Positions 1-6,423 of a DNA stretch of 27,939 bases are shown here, piece after piece. Source of the DNA: a virus. Lineage: Duplodnaviria > Caudoviricetes. The notes under the pieces are model-generated. The model ran no database searches. It was given only the letters and a program-made list of their open reading frames with translations, and was not told where the DNA came from. Numbering within the stretch: position 1 is the stretch's first letter; the number at the start of each line of letters is the position of its first letter. A program made the translations under genes and the position numbers. The stretch covers positions 1 through 27,939 of the IMG/VR virus record IMGVR_UViG_3300045918_000020. One strand, given 5' to 3'.

Positions 1-422
1 GAGATCAGTCAGCAGCTACGAATACTGGATATCAGTCAGCAGCTACGAATACTGGATATCAGTCAGCAGCTACGAATACTGGAGATCAGTCAGCAGCTAC
101 GAATACTGGATATCAGTCAGCAGCTACAAATACTGGATCTCATTCAGCAGCTACGAATACTGGAGATCAGTCAGCAGCTACGAATACTGGATATCAGTCA
201 GCAGCTACGAATACTGGATATCATTCAGCAGCTACGAATACTGGATATCAGTCAGCAGCTACAAATACTGGAAGTTATTCAGCAGCTACGAATACTGGAG
301 ATCAGTCAGCAGCTACAAATACTGGAGATCATTCAGCAGCTACGAATACTGGATATCAGTCAGCAGCTACGAATACTGGATATCAGTCAGCAGCTACGAA
401 TACTGGATATCAGTCAGCAGCT
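1..422 (+). repeat. 27-bp coding tandem repeat, about 15.7 copies
   Basis: Unit GGA TAT CAG TCA GCA GCT ACG AAT ACT with exact period 27. Non-synonymous variation is confined to codons 2-3. Confidence 0.97.
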
Positions 423-629
423 ATTGTAGAAGGTAAGAATTCTGTTGCGATGGCTACTGGATATCAGTCAAAGGCTAAGGCATCTGTTGGATCGGCAATA
501 GTATTGTGTGAATATGATGTTGATGATAATTTAACTAATATTAAATCAGCAATAATAGGTGAACGCAATAAATTAAAACCAAACACATTCTATTCATTGG
601 TCAATAATAAGTTTGTGGAGACAGAATGA
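3..629 (+). CDS. Nonapeptide-repeat phage protein (TG[Y/D/S][Q/H/Y]SAATN repeats), 5' end outside the window
   Basis: Open frame from 3 to TGA 627-629, not in the ORF track because the start is outside the window. Repeats are followed by ...SAIVLCEY...IKSAIIG...LKPNTFYSLVNNKFVE. The stop overlaps the next ATG (ATGA). Confidence 0.85.
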   Translation, partial: DQSAATNTGYQSAATNTGYQSAATNTGDQSAATNTGYQSAATNTGSHSAATNTGDQSAATNTGYQSAATNTGYHSAATNTGYQSAATNTGSYSAATNTGDQSAATNTGDHSAATNTGYQSAATNTGYQSAATNTGYQSAAIVEGKNSVAMATGYQSKAKASVGSAIVLCEYDVDDNLTNIKSAIIGERNKLKPNTFYSLVNNKFVETE

Positions 630-1270
630 AAATTAATATTGGCGAGTATAAAAATTATATTGGTCCGTATCAGATAGCAGAAAATATTCTATTCTGGTTA
701 GACCGACATGAAAGCGATACTGTTCATAATTTTGGCAGATTTTTGTCTGGTAATCACGATTCAATATTAAATAACTTTTGTGAATGGATACAATCAAAAC
801 GTAGTCGTAAGATTGATGTTAGAATTGATTCATACGATACATGGTCTATGGATTCTACGCTGTCATATATCATTGCGCCAATGCTTAAACAATTAAAAGA
901 AACTAAGCATGGAATTCCTATGTCAATGTCTGCATTTGAGTATGATTCAAATTCTACTCAAGGATCGTTTGAATTTTATTCTGATACGGACCAATGCGTA
1001 TTTGATACGGCAGAAAAACAGTGGAACGAAATTTTAGATAAAATGATATGGGCATTTGAACAGAACAATATTGGTTGGGAAGATAAGTATACAAAGCAAT
1101 CAGCCGAATTAGACATGAAAGAATATCCAGAGGATGAAGGGAAAGAATGTGTTCCTATCAGATGGAAAACAGAAGGTGAGTATGACTTGGAAGGTATGAA
1201 ATTACATCTTGAGAAAATTGAAGAAGGGTATAAATTGTTTGGTGAATATTTTTCAAATTTATGGGATTGA
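626..1270 (+). CDS. Hypothetical phage protein
   Basis: 214-aa ORF coupled to the upstream gene; C-terminus ...GYKLFGEYFSNLWD resembles conserved phage hypotheticals. Confidence 0.75.
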   Translation: MKINIGEYKNYIGPYQIAENILFWLDRHESDTVHNFGRFLSGNHDSILNNFCEWIQSKRSRKIDVRIDSYDTWSMDSTLSYIIAPMLKQLKETKHGIPMSMSAFEYDSNSTQGSFEFYSDTDQCVFDTAEKQWNEILDKMIWAFEQNNIGWEDKYTKQSAELDMKEYPEDEGKECVPIRWKTEGEYDLEGMKLHLEKIEEGYKLFGEYFSNLWD

Positions 1271-1317
1271 CTAAATAGATATCTTGCAGTAAAATAATGT
1301 CTTTAAAGGAGATACAA

Positions 1318-1902
1318 ATGGACATCACTTTACCAATGAGCAGTTTCTTTTATATTCCAACGTTTGGATTTGTTAAAAAATCTTTAATTGTAAAACCAAT
1401 AATAATATTACTGATGTTTGCTACACTTTTCTTTGTTAAGATTCCTATGATCGACACTACTATCATAGATGAAGTAAATGTTAAACAGGAACAGGTTGTG
1501 CGTTATATCATCAGCAAGCATACCGGATTAACCATATCATCAATAAAAAACATATCAGACTCAATAGTTTATGAGAGTGAGAAGCATAATATTCCAGTTA
1601 ATTTATTGCTTGGTATAATTGACGTTGAGAGTCGATATGATATGTTTGCGGTGTCTGCATCTGGTGCTATAGGACTAATGCAAATTTTACCTCAGTGGCA
1701 CAGAGATAAGATTAAAAATATGGCAGATCGTAATATCTATAATCCAAAAACAAATATCTCTCTTGGAGCAACCATATTAGATGACTGTATGAAACATACT
1801 AAATCTTTGAAGGTTAGTCTTGGTTGCTATAACGGAAATGTAAATGACAGGTCACACCGATATGCAACAAAAGTTTTGAATTCGATTCCAACATTTGATT
1901 AA
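1318..1902 (+). CDS. Lytic transglycosylase (SLT domain) with N-terminal membrane segment
   Basis: Motifs VES (catalytic Glu), AIGLMQI, NISLGA.IL and YNG; hydrophobic IIILLMFATLFFV. Start moved to ATG 1318, which follows AAGGAG. Confidence 0.88.
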   Translation: MDITLPMSSFFYIPTFGFVKKSLIVKPIIILLMFATLFFVKIPMIDTTIIDEVNVKQEQVVRYIISKHTGLTISSIKNISDSIVYESEKHNIPVNLLLGIIDVESRYDMFAVSASGAIGLMQILPQWHRDKIKNMADRNIYNPKTNISLGATILDDCMKHTKSLKVSLGCYNGNVNDRSHRYATKVLNSIPTFD

Positions 1903-1910
1903 GGAATAGT

Positions 1911-2075
1911 ATGAACTATTTTATATTTGTATTAACAACATTGGTTGGATACAACATCATGTTTAGTTCAATCATAGGACAAATTGATTCTATTAAGAAT
2001 GGAGTCGTATTTGTTGTAATATTTTTTCTAACAAGTTTTATTCAGCGCATTATCATTGAGGAGTTTAAATTATGA
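1911..2075 (+). CDS. 54-aa two-transmembrane protein (holin-like candidate)
   Basis: MNYFIFVLTTLVGYNIMFSSIIGQIDSIKNGVVFVVIFFLTSFIQRIIIEEFKL; AAGGA SD at 1901; stop overlaps next ATG. Below the ORF-track cutoff. Confidence 0.6.
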   Translation: MNYFIFVLTTLVGYNIMFSSIIGQIDSIKNGVVFVVIFFLTSFIQRIIIEEFKL

Positions 2076-2347
2076 GAGTATTAGTTCTAAAGACATTAGG
2101 TGGAGAAGAAGTCATCTCTGAGGTATCAGGTGAAACAGAATTGACATTAGTTATTGATCGACCAAGAACATTTCAGATCACAAATAATGGTGGACAGTAT
2201 GGTGCCGAATTATTTCCTTTCTTCCTATCAGATCCAGATAAAAAGAATATTACTGTTAATAAGAATTCATTAGTAGCATATTTTGATGCTAGTTTAGATT
2301 TAACTAATTCATATCTGAAGGCCACAACTGGTATATTATTGGGATGA
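2072..2347 (+). CDS. Conserved T4-like hypothetical protein (Sm-like beta fold suspected)
   Basis: N-terminal LKTLGGEEVI and C-terminal Y..ATTGI pattern seen in T4-like phage small proteins; GAGGAG SD. Confidence 0.65.
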   Translation: MRVLVLKTLGGEEVISEVSGETELTLVIDRPRTFQITNNGGQYGAELFPFFLSDPDKKNITVNKNSLVAYFDASLDLTNSYLKATTGILLG

Positions 2348-2424
2348 GCACATTAAAAGAATTGAAAGAGTCAAAACAGTCTGATGAGACAAGGTATAAA
2401 GAACAACCGCACTACAAATAACGA

Positions 2425-2452
2425 TTGACTTTGTTTGATTGCGTGCTATAAT
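2425..2452 (+). promoter_or_regulatory. Sigma70-like early promoter
   Basis: TTGACT-16 nt-TATAAT with TGn extended -10. Confidence 0.75.
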
Positions 2453-2472
2453 AACAACATCAACCAAACTAC

Positions 2473-2745
2473 ATGGAGTATGTGATGAGTTTATGTGAAG
2501 ATGTCATGCGATCAGGTATACAGCTACTTCATGAATTAGAAGAGCTTCGAGAAGATAATATAAAACTTAAACGACTGGCTATTGATGCAAATAATTCTGT
2601 TGCAAGTTTATTGGAGGAAATATCGGAATATAAAGATAAGTTTGCTTGCATACTTACACAAAATCAGCTTAATCTTGAGTATGATCTAGAGGCAGCTAAA
2701 CGAGAACTACATACTCAACGCGTGGAAAGGCGAACTGGAGATTAA
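2473..2745 (+). CDS. Hypothetical coiled-coil protein
   Basis: 90-aa ORF behind the promoter; heptad-like L/E/K content; true start may be a few codons downstream (after GGAG). Confidence 0.65.
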   Translation: MEYVMSLCEDVMRSGIQLLHELEELREDNIKLKRLAIDANNSVASLLEEISEYKDKFACILTQNQLNLEYDLEAAKRELHTQRVERRTGD

Positions 2746-2747
2746 AA

Positions 2748-3020
2748 ATGAAGATGACAGTTAACCAAGTATTTAAACTTACTGAAAAAATCAGTATTGG
2801 AATACCAGGATGTGGCTGGAGCACAGGGTTATATAGAGTAACCAGTATTGGTCCTTCGTTTGGGACTTGCAAATCTGACAGAGAAGATACACGAGCGCAG
2901 ACATATTTTGTGCAACGTATTAAGAAAGATGGAACACCATACGGAAAAATGCAAGGGTACAATGTTCAGGCGTTTGATCGTAATTACCTTGATACAAAGA
3001 AAGCAATTATCATTGAATAA
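2748..3020 (+). CDS. Hypothetical protein
   Basis: 90-aa ORF with GGAG SD. Confidence 0.7.
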   Translation: MKMTVNQVFKLTEKISIGIPGCGWSTGLYRVTSIGPSFGTCKSDREDTRAQTYFVQRIKKDGTPYGKMQGYNVQAFDRNYLDTKKAIIIE

Positions 3021-3073
3021 TTCTTGACACAATTAAACTCTAATAAATAGATAATACAACAAAGGAATTTAAC

Positions 3074-3115
3074 ATGTTTAATTATTGGCAACCGAATGAA
3101 GGATGGGAACAGTAA
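3074..3115 (+). CDS. Putative 13-aa leader peptide MFNYWQPNEGWEQ
   Basis: AAGGA SD 3062-3066, ATG 3074, TAA 3113-3115, directly followed by alternative hairpins. Confidence 0.55.
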   Translation: MFNYWQPNEGWEQ

Positions 3116-3143
3116 AGGGGCGTAAGTAGTTTTCATTTTTATG

Positions 3144-3177
3144 AAGCCCTTAATTAAATTTTAGGGTTTTTATTTTT
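3144..3177 (+). terminator. Intrinsic terminator with competing antiterminator
   Basis: AAGCCCT 3144-3150 / AGGGTTT 3163-3169 followed by TTATTTTT. Confidence 0.7.
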
Positions 3178-3181
3178 GTGC

Positions 3182-3210
3182 TTGACAAATATATTAACAT
3201 ATCATAAAAT
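3182..3210 (+). promoter_or_regulatory. Sigma70-like promoter
   Basis: TTGACA-17 nt-TAAAAT. Confidence 0.75.
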
Positions 3211-3238
3211 GGGCGTATTGAGTCAATGAAAGATACAT

Positions 3239-3502
3239 ATGAAAACAACAGTAGATTACATATTTAATAAGTTTGATCCATGTCATGCTTGTCCTATTGA
3301 AAATGACATATCAGATGAATATACGGAAGAAGTGGAAATTTTCTGTTCGTATGTTAACAAAGGACTATCTGTTAAGTATGCACTATCATGTGTAATGACT
3401 AATATGTTAGGTAAAGGTTGGAGACATACCAAAAGGTGCAATGTTATCCAACTAGAAAAGGAATTGTATGGTACAGTTGAGAGAATTAAAAGAATCTCTT
3501 GA
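3239..3502 (+). CDS. Hypothetical protein
   Basis: 87-aa ORF downstream of the promoter. Confidence 0.6.
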   Translation: MKTTVDYIFNKFDPCHACPIENDISDEYTEEVEIFCSYVNKGLSVKYALSCVMTNMLGKGWRHTKRCNVIQLEKELYGTVERIKRIS

Positions 3503-3860
3503 AGATAGTGAAGTGTCTAAACTATCTGTCTTACAATCTCAATATAAGACAACTGGTTGGACTATCAAGACTAAGGTACATGCTAGAGCAAGGGCATATA
3601 CTAGACATCCGACTCATACAGCAGAAGATTGGATAAAGTTTCACAGAAATATTGTCCACGCAGTAATAAAAAGCAGAACAAGTGGAAATCATGTAATATT
3701 TTCAAAATCGCATAATATCGGTGTTGTTGCAAATGTAGATCGTAAGAATAAAATGATTGAATATCATACAGTTCTGTCGAGTGGAAAACACCATGCTGAT
3801 GCTGATGCTAATGATACTAAATTGATGGTTGAGTATAAAATAGTTTCATTTTGTGATTGA
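3468..3860 (+). CDS. Hypothetical protein, possible virion-internal protein
   Basis: 130 aa; AAGGA SD; N-terminal LRELKES; His/Lys-rich. Confidence 0.65.
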   Translation: MVQLRELKESLEDSEVSKLSVLQSQYKTTGWTIKTKVHARARAYTRHPTHTAEDWIKFHRNIVHAVIKSRTSGNHVIFSKSHNIGVVANVDRKNKMIEYHTVLSSGKHHADADANDTKLMVEYKIVSFCD

Positions 3861-3884
3861 CAAAGATTTAAAAGAGAGTAGAAT
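3857..3884 (+). promoter_or_regulatory. Sigma70-like promoter for tRNA-Gly/Thr
   Basis: TTGACA-16 nt-TAGAAT. Confidence 0.7.
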
Positions 3885-3922
3885 AGATTCTGTTGATTGA
3901 AAGCATGTCCGACCAGTTTTAT

Positions 3923-3998
3923 GCGGGATTAACTCAGTTGGTAGAGTCACAGTTTTCCAAACTGTTGGTCAGGAGTTCGAGTCTCCTATCCCGCTCCA
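3923..3998 (+). tRNA. trnG: tRNA-Gly(TCC)
   Basis: GCGGGAT/ATCCCGC acceptor stem, ACAGT-TTTCCAA-ACTGT anticodon arm, TTCGAG T-loop, encoded CCA. Confidence 0.95.
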
Positions 3999-4004
3999 TT
4001 TTAT

Positions 4005-4079
4005 GCTATGTAAGCATTGTTAGCGATGCGCTGCTGTTGTAAAGCAGAGAACTGGCCGCAAATTCCAGCCGTAGCTCCA
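4005..4079 (+). tRNA. trnT: Atypical or degenerate tRNA-Thr(TGT)
   Basis: GCTATG/CGTAGC acceptor, CTGCT-GTTGTAA-AGCAG anticodon arm, encoded CCA; non-canonical T-arm (CTGGC-CGCAAAT-TCCAG). Confidence 0.7.
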
Positions 4080-4082
4080 AGT

Positions 4083-4218
4083 TTTGTATCATGGCAACGT
4101 CCCATTCGTAAGTGTTCTAGACGCGAGAAGATAAGAATGATTAAAGCACAGATGGACTCAGTGCGCCAAGGGTGATATGAGTAGAATTCGTCAACGCTGT
4201 CATATCACCTGATACAAA
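4083..4218 (+). ncRNA. Candidate structured ncRNA, ~136 nt
   Basis: Closing stem TTTGTATCA/TGATACAAA, 10-bp stem GGTGATATGA/TCATATCACC, nested short stems; no ORF. Confidence 0.65.
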
Positions 4219-4233
4219 TTAAACATAGATAAC

Positions 4234-4262
4234 TTGCATAAAGTATTTCGTGTTGTTATAAT
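4234..4262 (+). promoter_or_regulatory. Sigma70-like promoter for tRNA-Arg
   Basis: TTGCAT-17 nt-TATAAT with TGn. Confidence 0.75.
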
Positions 4263-4282
4263 GATCTTATCGAACATAACAT

Positions 4283-4358
4283 GTCCCTATAGCTCAGTAG
4301 ATAGAGCAGCATCCTTCTAAGATGCGGGTCGGGAGTGCAATCCTCTCTAGGGACACCA
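4283..4358 (+). tRNA. trnR: tRNA-Arg(TCT)
   Basis: GTCCCTA/TAGGGAC acceptor, GCATC-CTTCTAA-GATGC anticodon arm, TGCAATC T-loop variant, CCA. Confidence 0.93.
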
Positions 4359-4377
4359 GTATTTAAGGAGAAATGAA

Positions 4378-4488
4378 ATGCGGAATATGATTCAAGTTCA
4401 TTGTTGGAATAGAAAATCTGGTTCACATGGCAAGTCTAAGAAGGCTATGCGTAGAGCAGATAAGATGTCATTGAAGTGTGAATACTAG
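4378..4488 (+). CDS. 36-aa basic protein
   Basis: MRNMIQVHCWNRKSGSHGKSKKAMRRADKMSLKCEY; AAGGAG SD; fills the tRNA-Arg/tRNA-Phe spacer. Confidence 0.6.
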   Translation: MRNMIQVHCWNRKSGSHGKSKKAMRRADKMSLKCEY

Positions 4489-4562
4489 CCAATATATCTG
4501 AGATGGATTAGCAACGGACTGAAAATTCGTGGAGGTTGGTTCGATACCAACTGTTGGCACCA
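4488..4562 (+). tRNA. trnF: tRNA-Phe(GAA)
   Basis: GCCAATA/TGTTGGC acceptor, ACGGA-CTGAAAA-TTCGT anticodon arm, GTTGG-TTCGATA-CCAAC T-arm, CCA; weak D-stem. Confidence 0.88.
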
Positions 4563-4583
4563 AATTAAAAGTGAGGAAAAATT

Positions 4584-4940
4584 ATGAAAGATACAACAAG
4601 GCAAGAACTCAATCTGGCAGTGAAGATTGCAACAGATCAGTTATCAGCAGCGCAGAAAGCACTAGCTACATTCAAGTCGATGGCAGAGAATAACGTGTTT
4701 GACACAATTGAAATTGCACTTTGTACGATTAAGGATAAGCTCCTATCCGAAGCTAGTAACGACTGTGAAGGATCATATTCCTGTGAAGGATCATATTCCT
4801 GTGGACCAGAAAATTATACACAGGAATTTATTGTTGACGGAGTACGCTACATAGGAACACTAGAATGTGAATATGATCGACACTACAAAACATATTACTA
4901 TATTGATTGTCATAAGTTTACACACTCGGTGGTTGCATAA
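4584..4940 (+). CDS. Hypothetical protein
   Basis: 118-aa ORF with GAGG SD; internal CEGSYS duplication. Confidence 0.75.
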   Translation: MKDTTRQELNLAVKIATDQLSAAQKALATFKSMAENNVFDTIEIALCTIKDKLLSEASNDCEGSYSCEGSYSCGPENYTQEFIVDGVRYIGTLECEYDRHYKTYYYIDCHKFTHSVVA

Positions 4941-5284
4941 TGACATACTGGATGTATCAGATTGACAATCGTTTTAAAGGTGATTCTGGTGGAATGTCTG
5001 ATGCATTTCCAGTAGATGAAAACGATAAGATGGGTGAGTGTGAACATAATACTAGGCCTAGAGTCGGTGTTATGATGGTAGTCGGAGCAATTTATGCTAG
5101 ATCATATTGTAGTCAAGATTGGTGGAGAACTAATGTAATTAAGAGTATTCTGATAGATGAACCAAACTATGTTAAGTTTGAAACGTTGAGCGGATCAGTT
5201 TATGAATGGAAGTGTGACCAATCAGATATTGAAGATTCTAAACATGCGACAGATAATTTAGCGAATGCAATTGACAAAGAATAA
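4940..5284 (+). CDS. Hypothetical protein
   Basis: 114-aa ORF coupled by TAATG; ..QDWWRT..I..I......VKFET..GSVYEW pattern seen in phage hypotheticals. Confidence 0.75.
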   Translation: MTYWMYQIDNRFKGDSGGMSDAFPVDENDKMGECEHNTRPRVGVMMVVGAIYARSYCSQDWWRTNVIKSILIDEPNYVKFETLSGSVYEWKCDQSDIEDSKHATDNLANAIDKE

Positions 5285-5304
5285 GTATTAGTTAATATGA
5301 ATTA

Positions 5305-5625
5305 TAGGTTCTCTCCTATTATCCAGAGAATTAAATTAAACAGGTATTATGGTGTTTAAGCTATATAAGAACCACGTCAACTAATCATTGACTAGTTACC
5401 GGATTTAATCATATCCGAAACGATTGAAGTGGAGTGATATCCATATACAAAAAGGTTATATGTGGTACGCAATTACCATGAATGATTGATAGATTAGATG
5501 TGCAGAAGTAGACTGATGTCGATGATATCTGTATTGCTAATTTTGAAGTAAGCACATTCTTGCTAGGTCGGATATGTCGTGAGGCTATCTCTCTTATGAG
5601 GTTAGTATGTGCAGTTGCAAGAATT
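5305..5625 (+). ncRNA. Candidate structured ncRNA(s) upstream of tRNA-Trp
   Basis: About 320 nt with no convincing ORF, tiled with hairpins, behind TTGACA-16 nt-TAATAT (5271-5298). Confidence 0.45.
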
Positions 5626-5628
5626 AAT

Positions 5629-5702
5629 AGATTACTGGCGTAATGGTAGCGTAAGTGGTTCCAACCCACTTGGTTGAGGTTCGATTCCTTAGTGATCTGC
5701 CA
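5629..5702 (+). tRNA. trnW: tRNA-Trp(CCA)
   Basis: AGATTAC/GTGATCT acceptor, AGTGG-TTCCAAC-CCACT anticodon arm, TTCGATT T-loop, G73 discriminator and CCA. Confidence 0.9.
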
Positions 5703-5722
5703 TATTAAATAAAGGATTAAAC

Positions 5723-5854
5723 ATGAAAGCCAAAATGCTTATTGCAAAGTTAAACTTTGCTTGTCTTACCGGTGATAAAAAAGCAGAAAAAGATATTTGG
5801 TGGAAGCTATTACTTAAATCTTTAAAACACAAAAAGACGTTTCCAGTATCATGA
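5723..5854 (+). CDS. 43-aa hypothetical protein
   Basis: MKAKMLIAKLNFACLTGDKKAEKDIWWKLLLKSLKHKKTFPVS; AAGGGA SD. Confidence 0.6.
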   Translation: MKAKMLIAKLNFACLTGDKKAEKDIWWKLLLKSLKHKKTFPVS

Positions 5855-5863
5855 AATAATTTT

Positions 5864-5938
5864 GGATCTGTAGCTTAATGGTAAAGCAGGGTACTCATAA
5901 TGCCTCAAGTATAGGTTCAATTCCTATCAGACCCACCA
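5864..5938 (+). tRNA. tRNA(CAT): elongator Met or Ile2
   Basis: GGATCTG/CAGACCC acceptor (A3.C70 mismatch), GGGTA-CTCATAA-TGCCT anticodon arm, TTCAATT T-loop, CCA; G1-C72 paired, so not an initiator. Confidence 0.9.
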
Positions 5939-5945
5939 GTTAATA

Positions 5946-6036
5946 CTCTGACACACTAACAACCTTTTCAGGTCAAATGGTGCAAAAGATAGCCTGAATT
6001 AACAGGTGCGATATGATGACGATTATATCTACGGAG
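5946..6036 (+). ncRNA. Candidate small structured RNA, ~90 nt
   Basis: CTCTG/CGGAG closing stem with TTCAGG/CCTGAA and GATATGA/TTATATC internal hairpins. Confidence 0.4.
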
Positions 6037-6039
6037 ATT

Positions 6040-6047
6040 TATAAATA
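6040..6047 (+). promoter_or_regulatory. T4-type late promoter
   Basis: Exact TATAAATA 28 nt upstream of ATG 6076. Confidence 0.75.
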
Positions 6048-6075
6048 CTTAATACTATGATTAGGTATTCATCCA

Positions 6076-6423
6076 ATGAATAAAAGAACAGATAACAGAC
6101 TTGAAATTTATGATGACTTTTTTGCAGCATCAAGAGATATTCAAAAAGTTCTTATATCTACACAAAAGGTAACACTAGAACATATTAAAGGAGAAAAAGA
6201 TCGTGATGCTATGCTGATGGAAGAATACAATCAGCTAAACACAATTGTGGATCAATTAAATGCCACTGTCAAAATGTTGCCACATACAACAAATCTAACA
6301 AAATATAAACCAACCAAGAAGAAAGTATCAGTTACGGATTATATTAAAAAGACAGATATAACTCTATTCCTATTCATTGCAATGCTAATAATCAATTTAC
6401 TGGAGTGGTATGTCAGAAAATGA
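6076..6423 (+). CDS. Hypothetical protein with C-terminal transmembrane helix
   Basis: Coiled-coil N-terminal part and ITLFLFIAMLIINLLEWYV. Confidence 0.7.
   Translation: MNKRTDNRLEIYDDFFAASRDIQKVLISTQKVTLEHIKGEKDRDAMLMEEYNQLNTIVDQLNATVKMLPHTTNLTKYKPTKKKVSVTDYIKKTDITLFLFIAMLIINLLEWYVRK

Noticed and set aside
1-422. CRISPR array or DGR template
   Set aside because: Units are contiguous with no unique spacers, keep a reading frame, variation is not adenine-specific, and no cas or RT gene is visible.
3024-3055. Sigma70 promoter at TTGACA 3024
   Set aside because: No good -10 hexamer at 16-18 nt; the late-type AATAAATA box explains the site better.
5409-5669. Minus-strand 86-aa ORF
   Set aside because: Antisense to tRNA-Trp and to the local transcription direction.
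5305-5702. tmRNA, RNase P RNA or T-box
   Set aside because: The 3' tRNA is a complete stand-alone Trp tRNA; no tmRNA 5' end or tag frame, RNase P core or T-box motif recognised.
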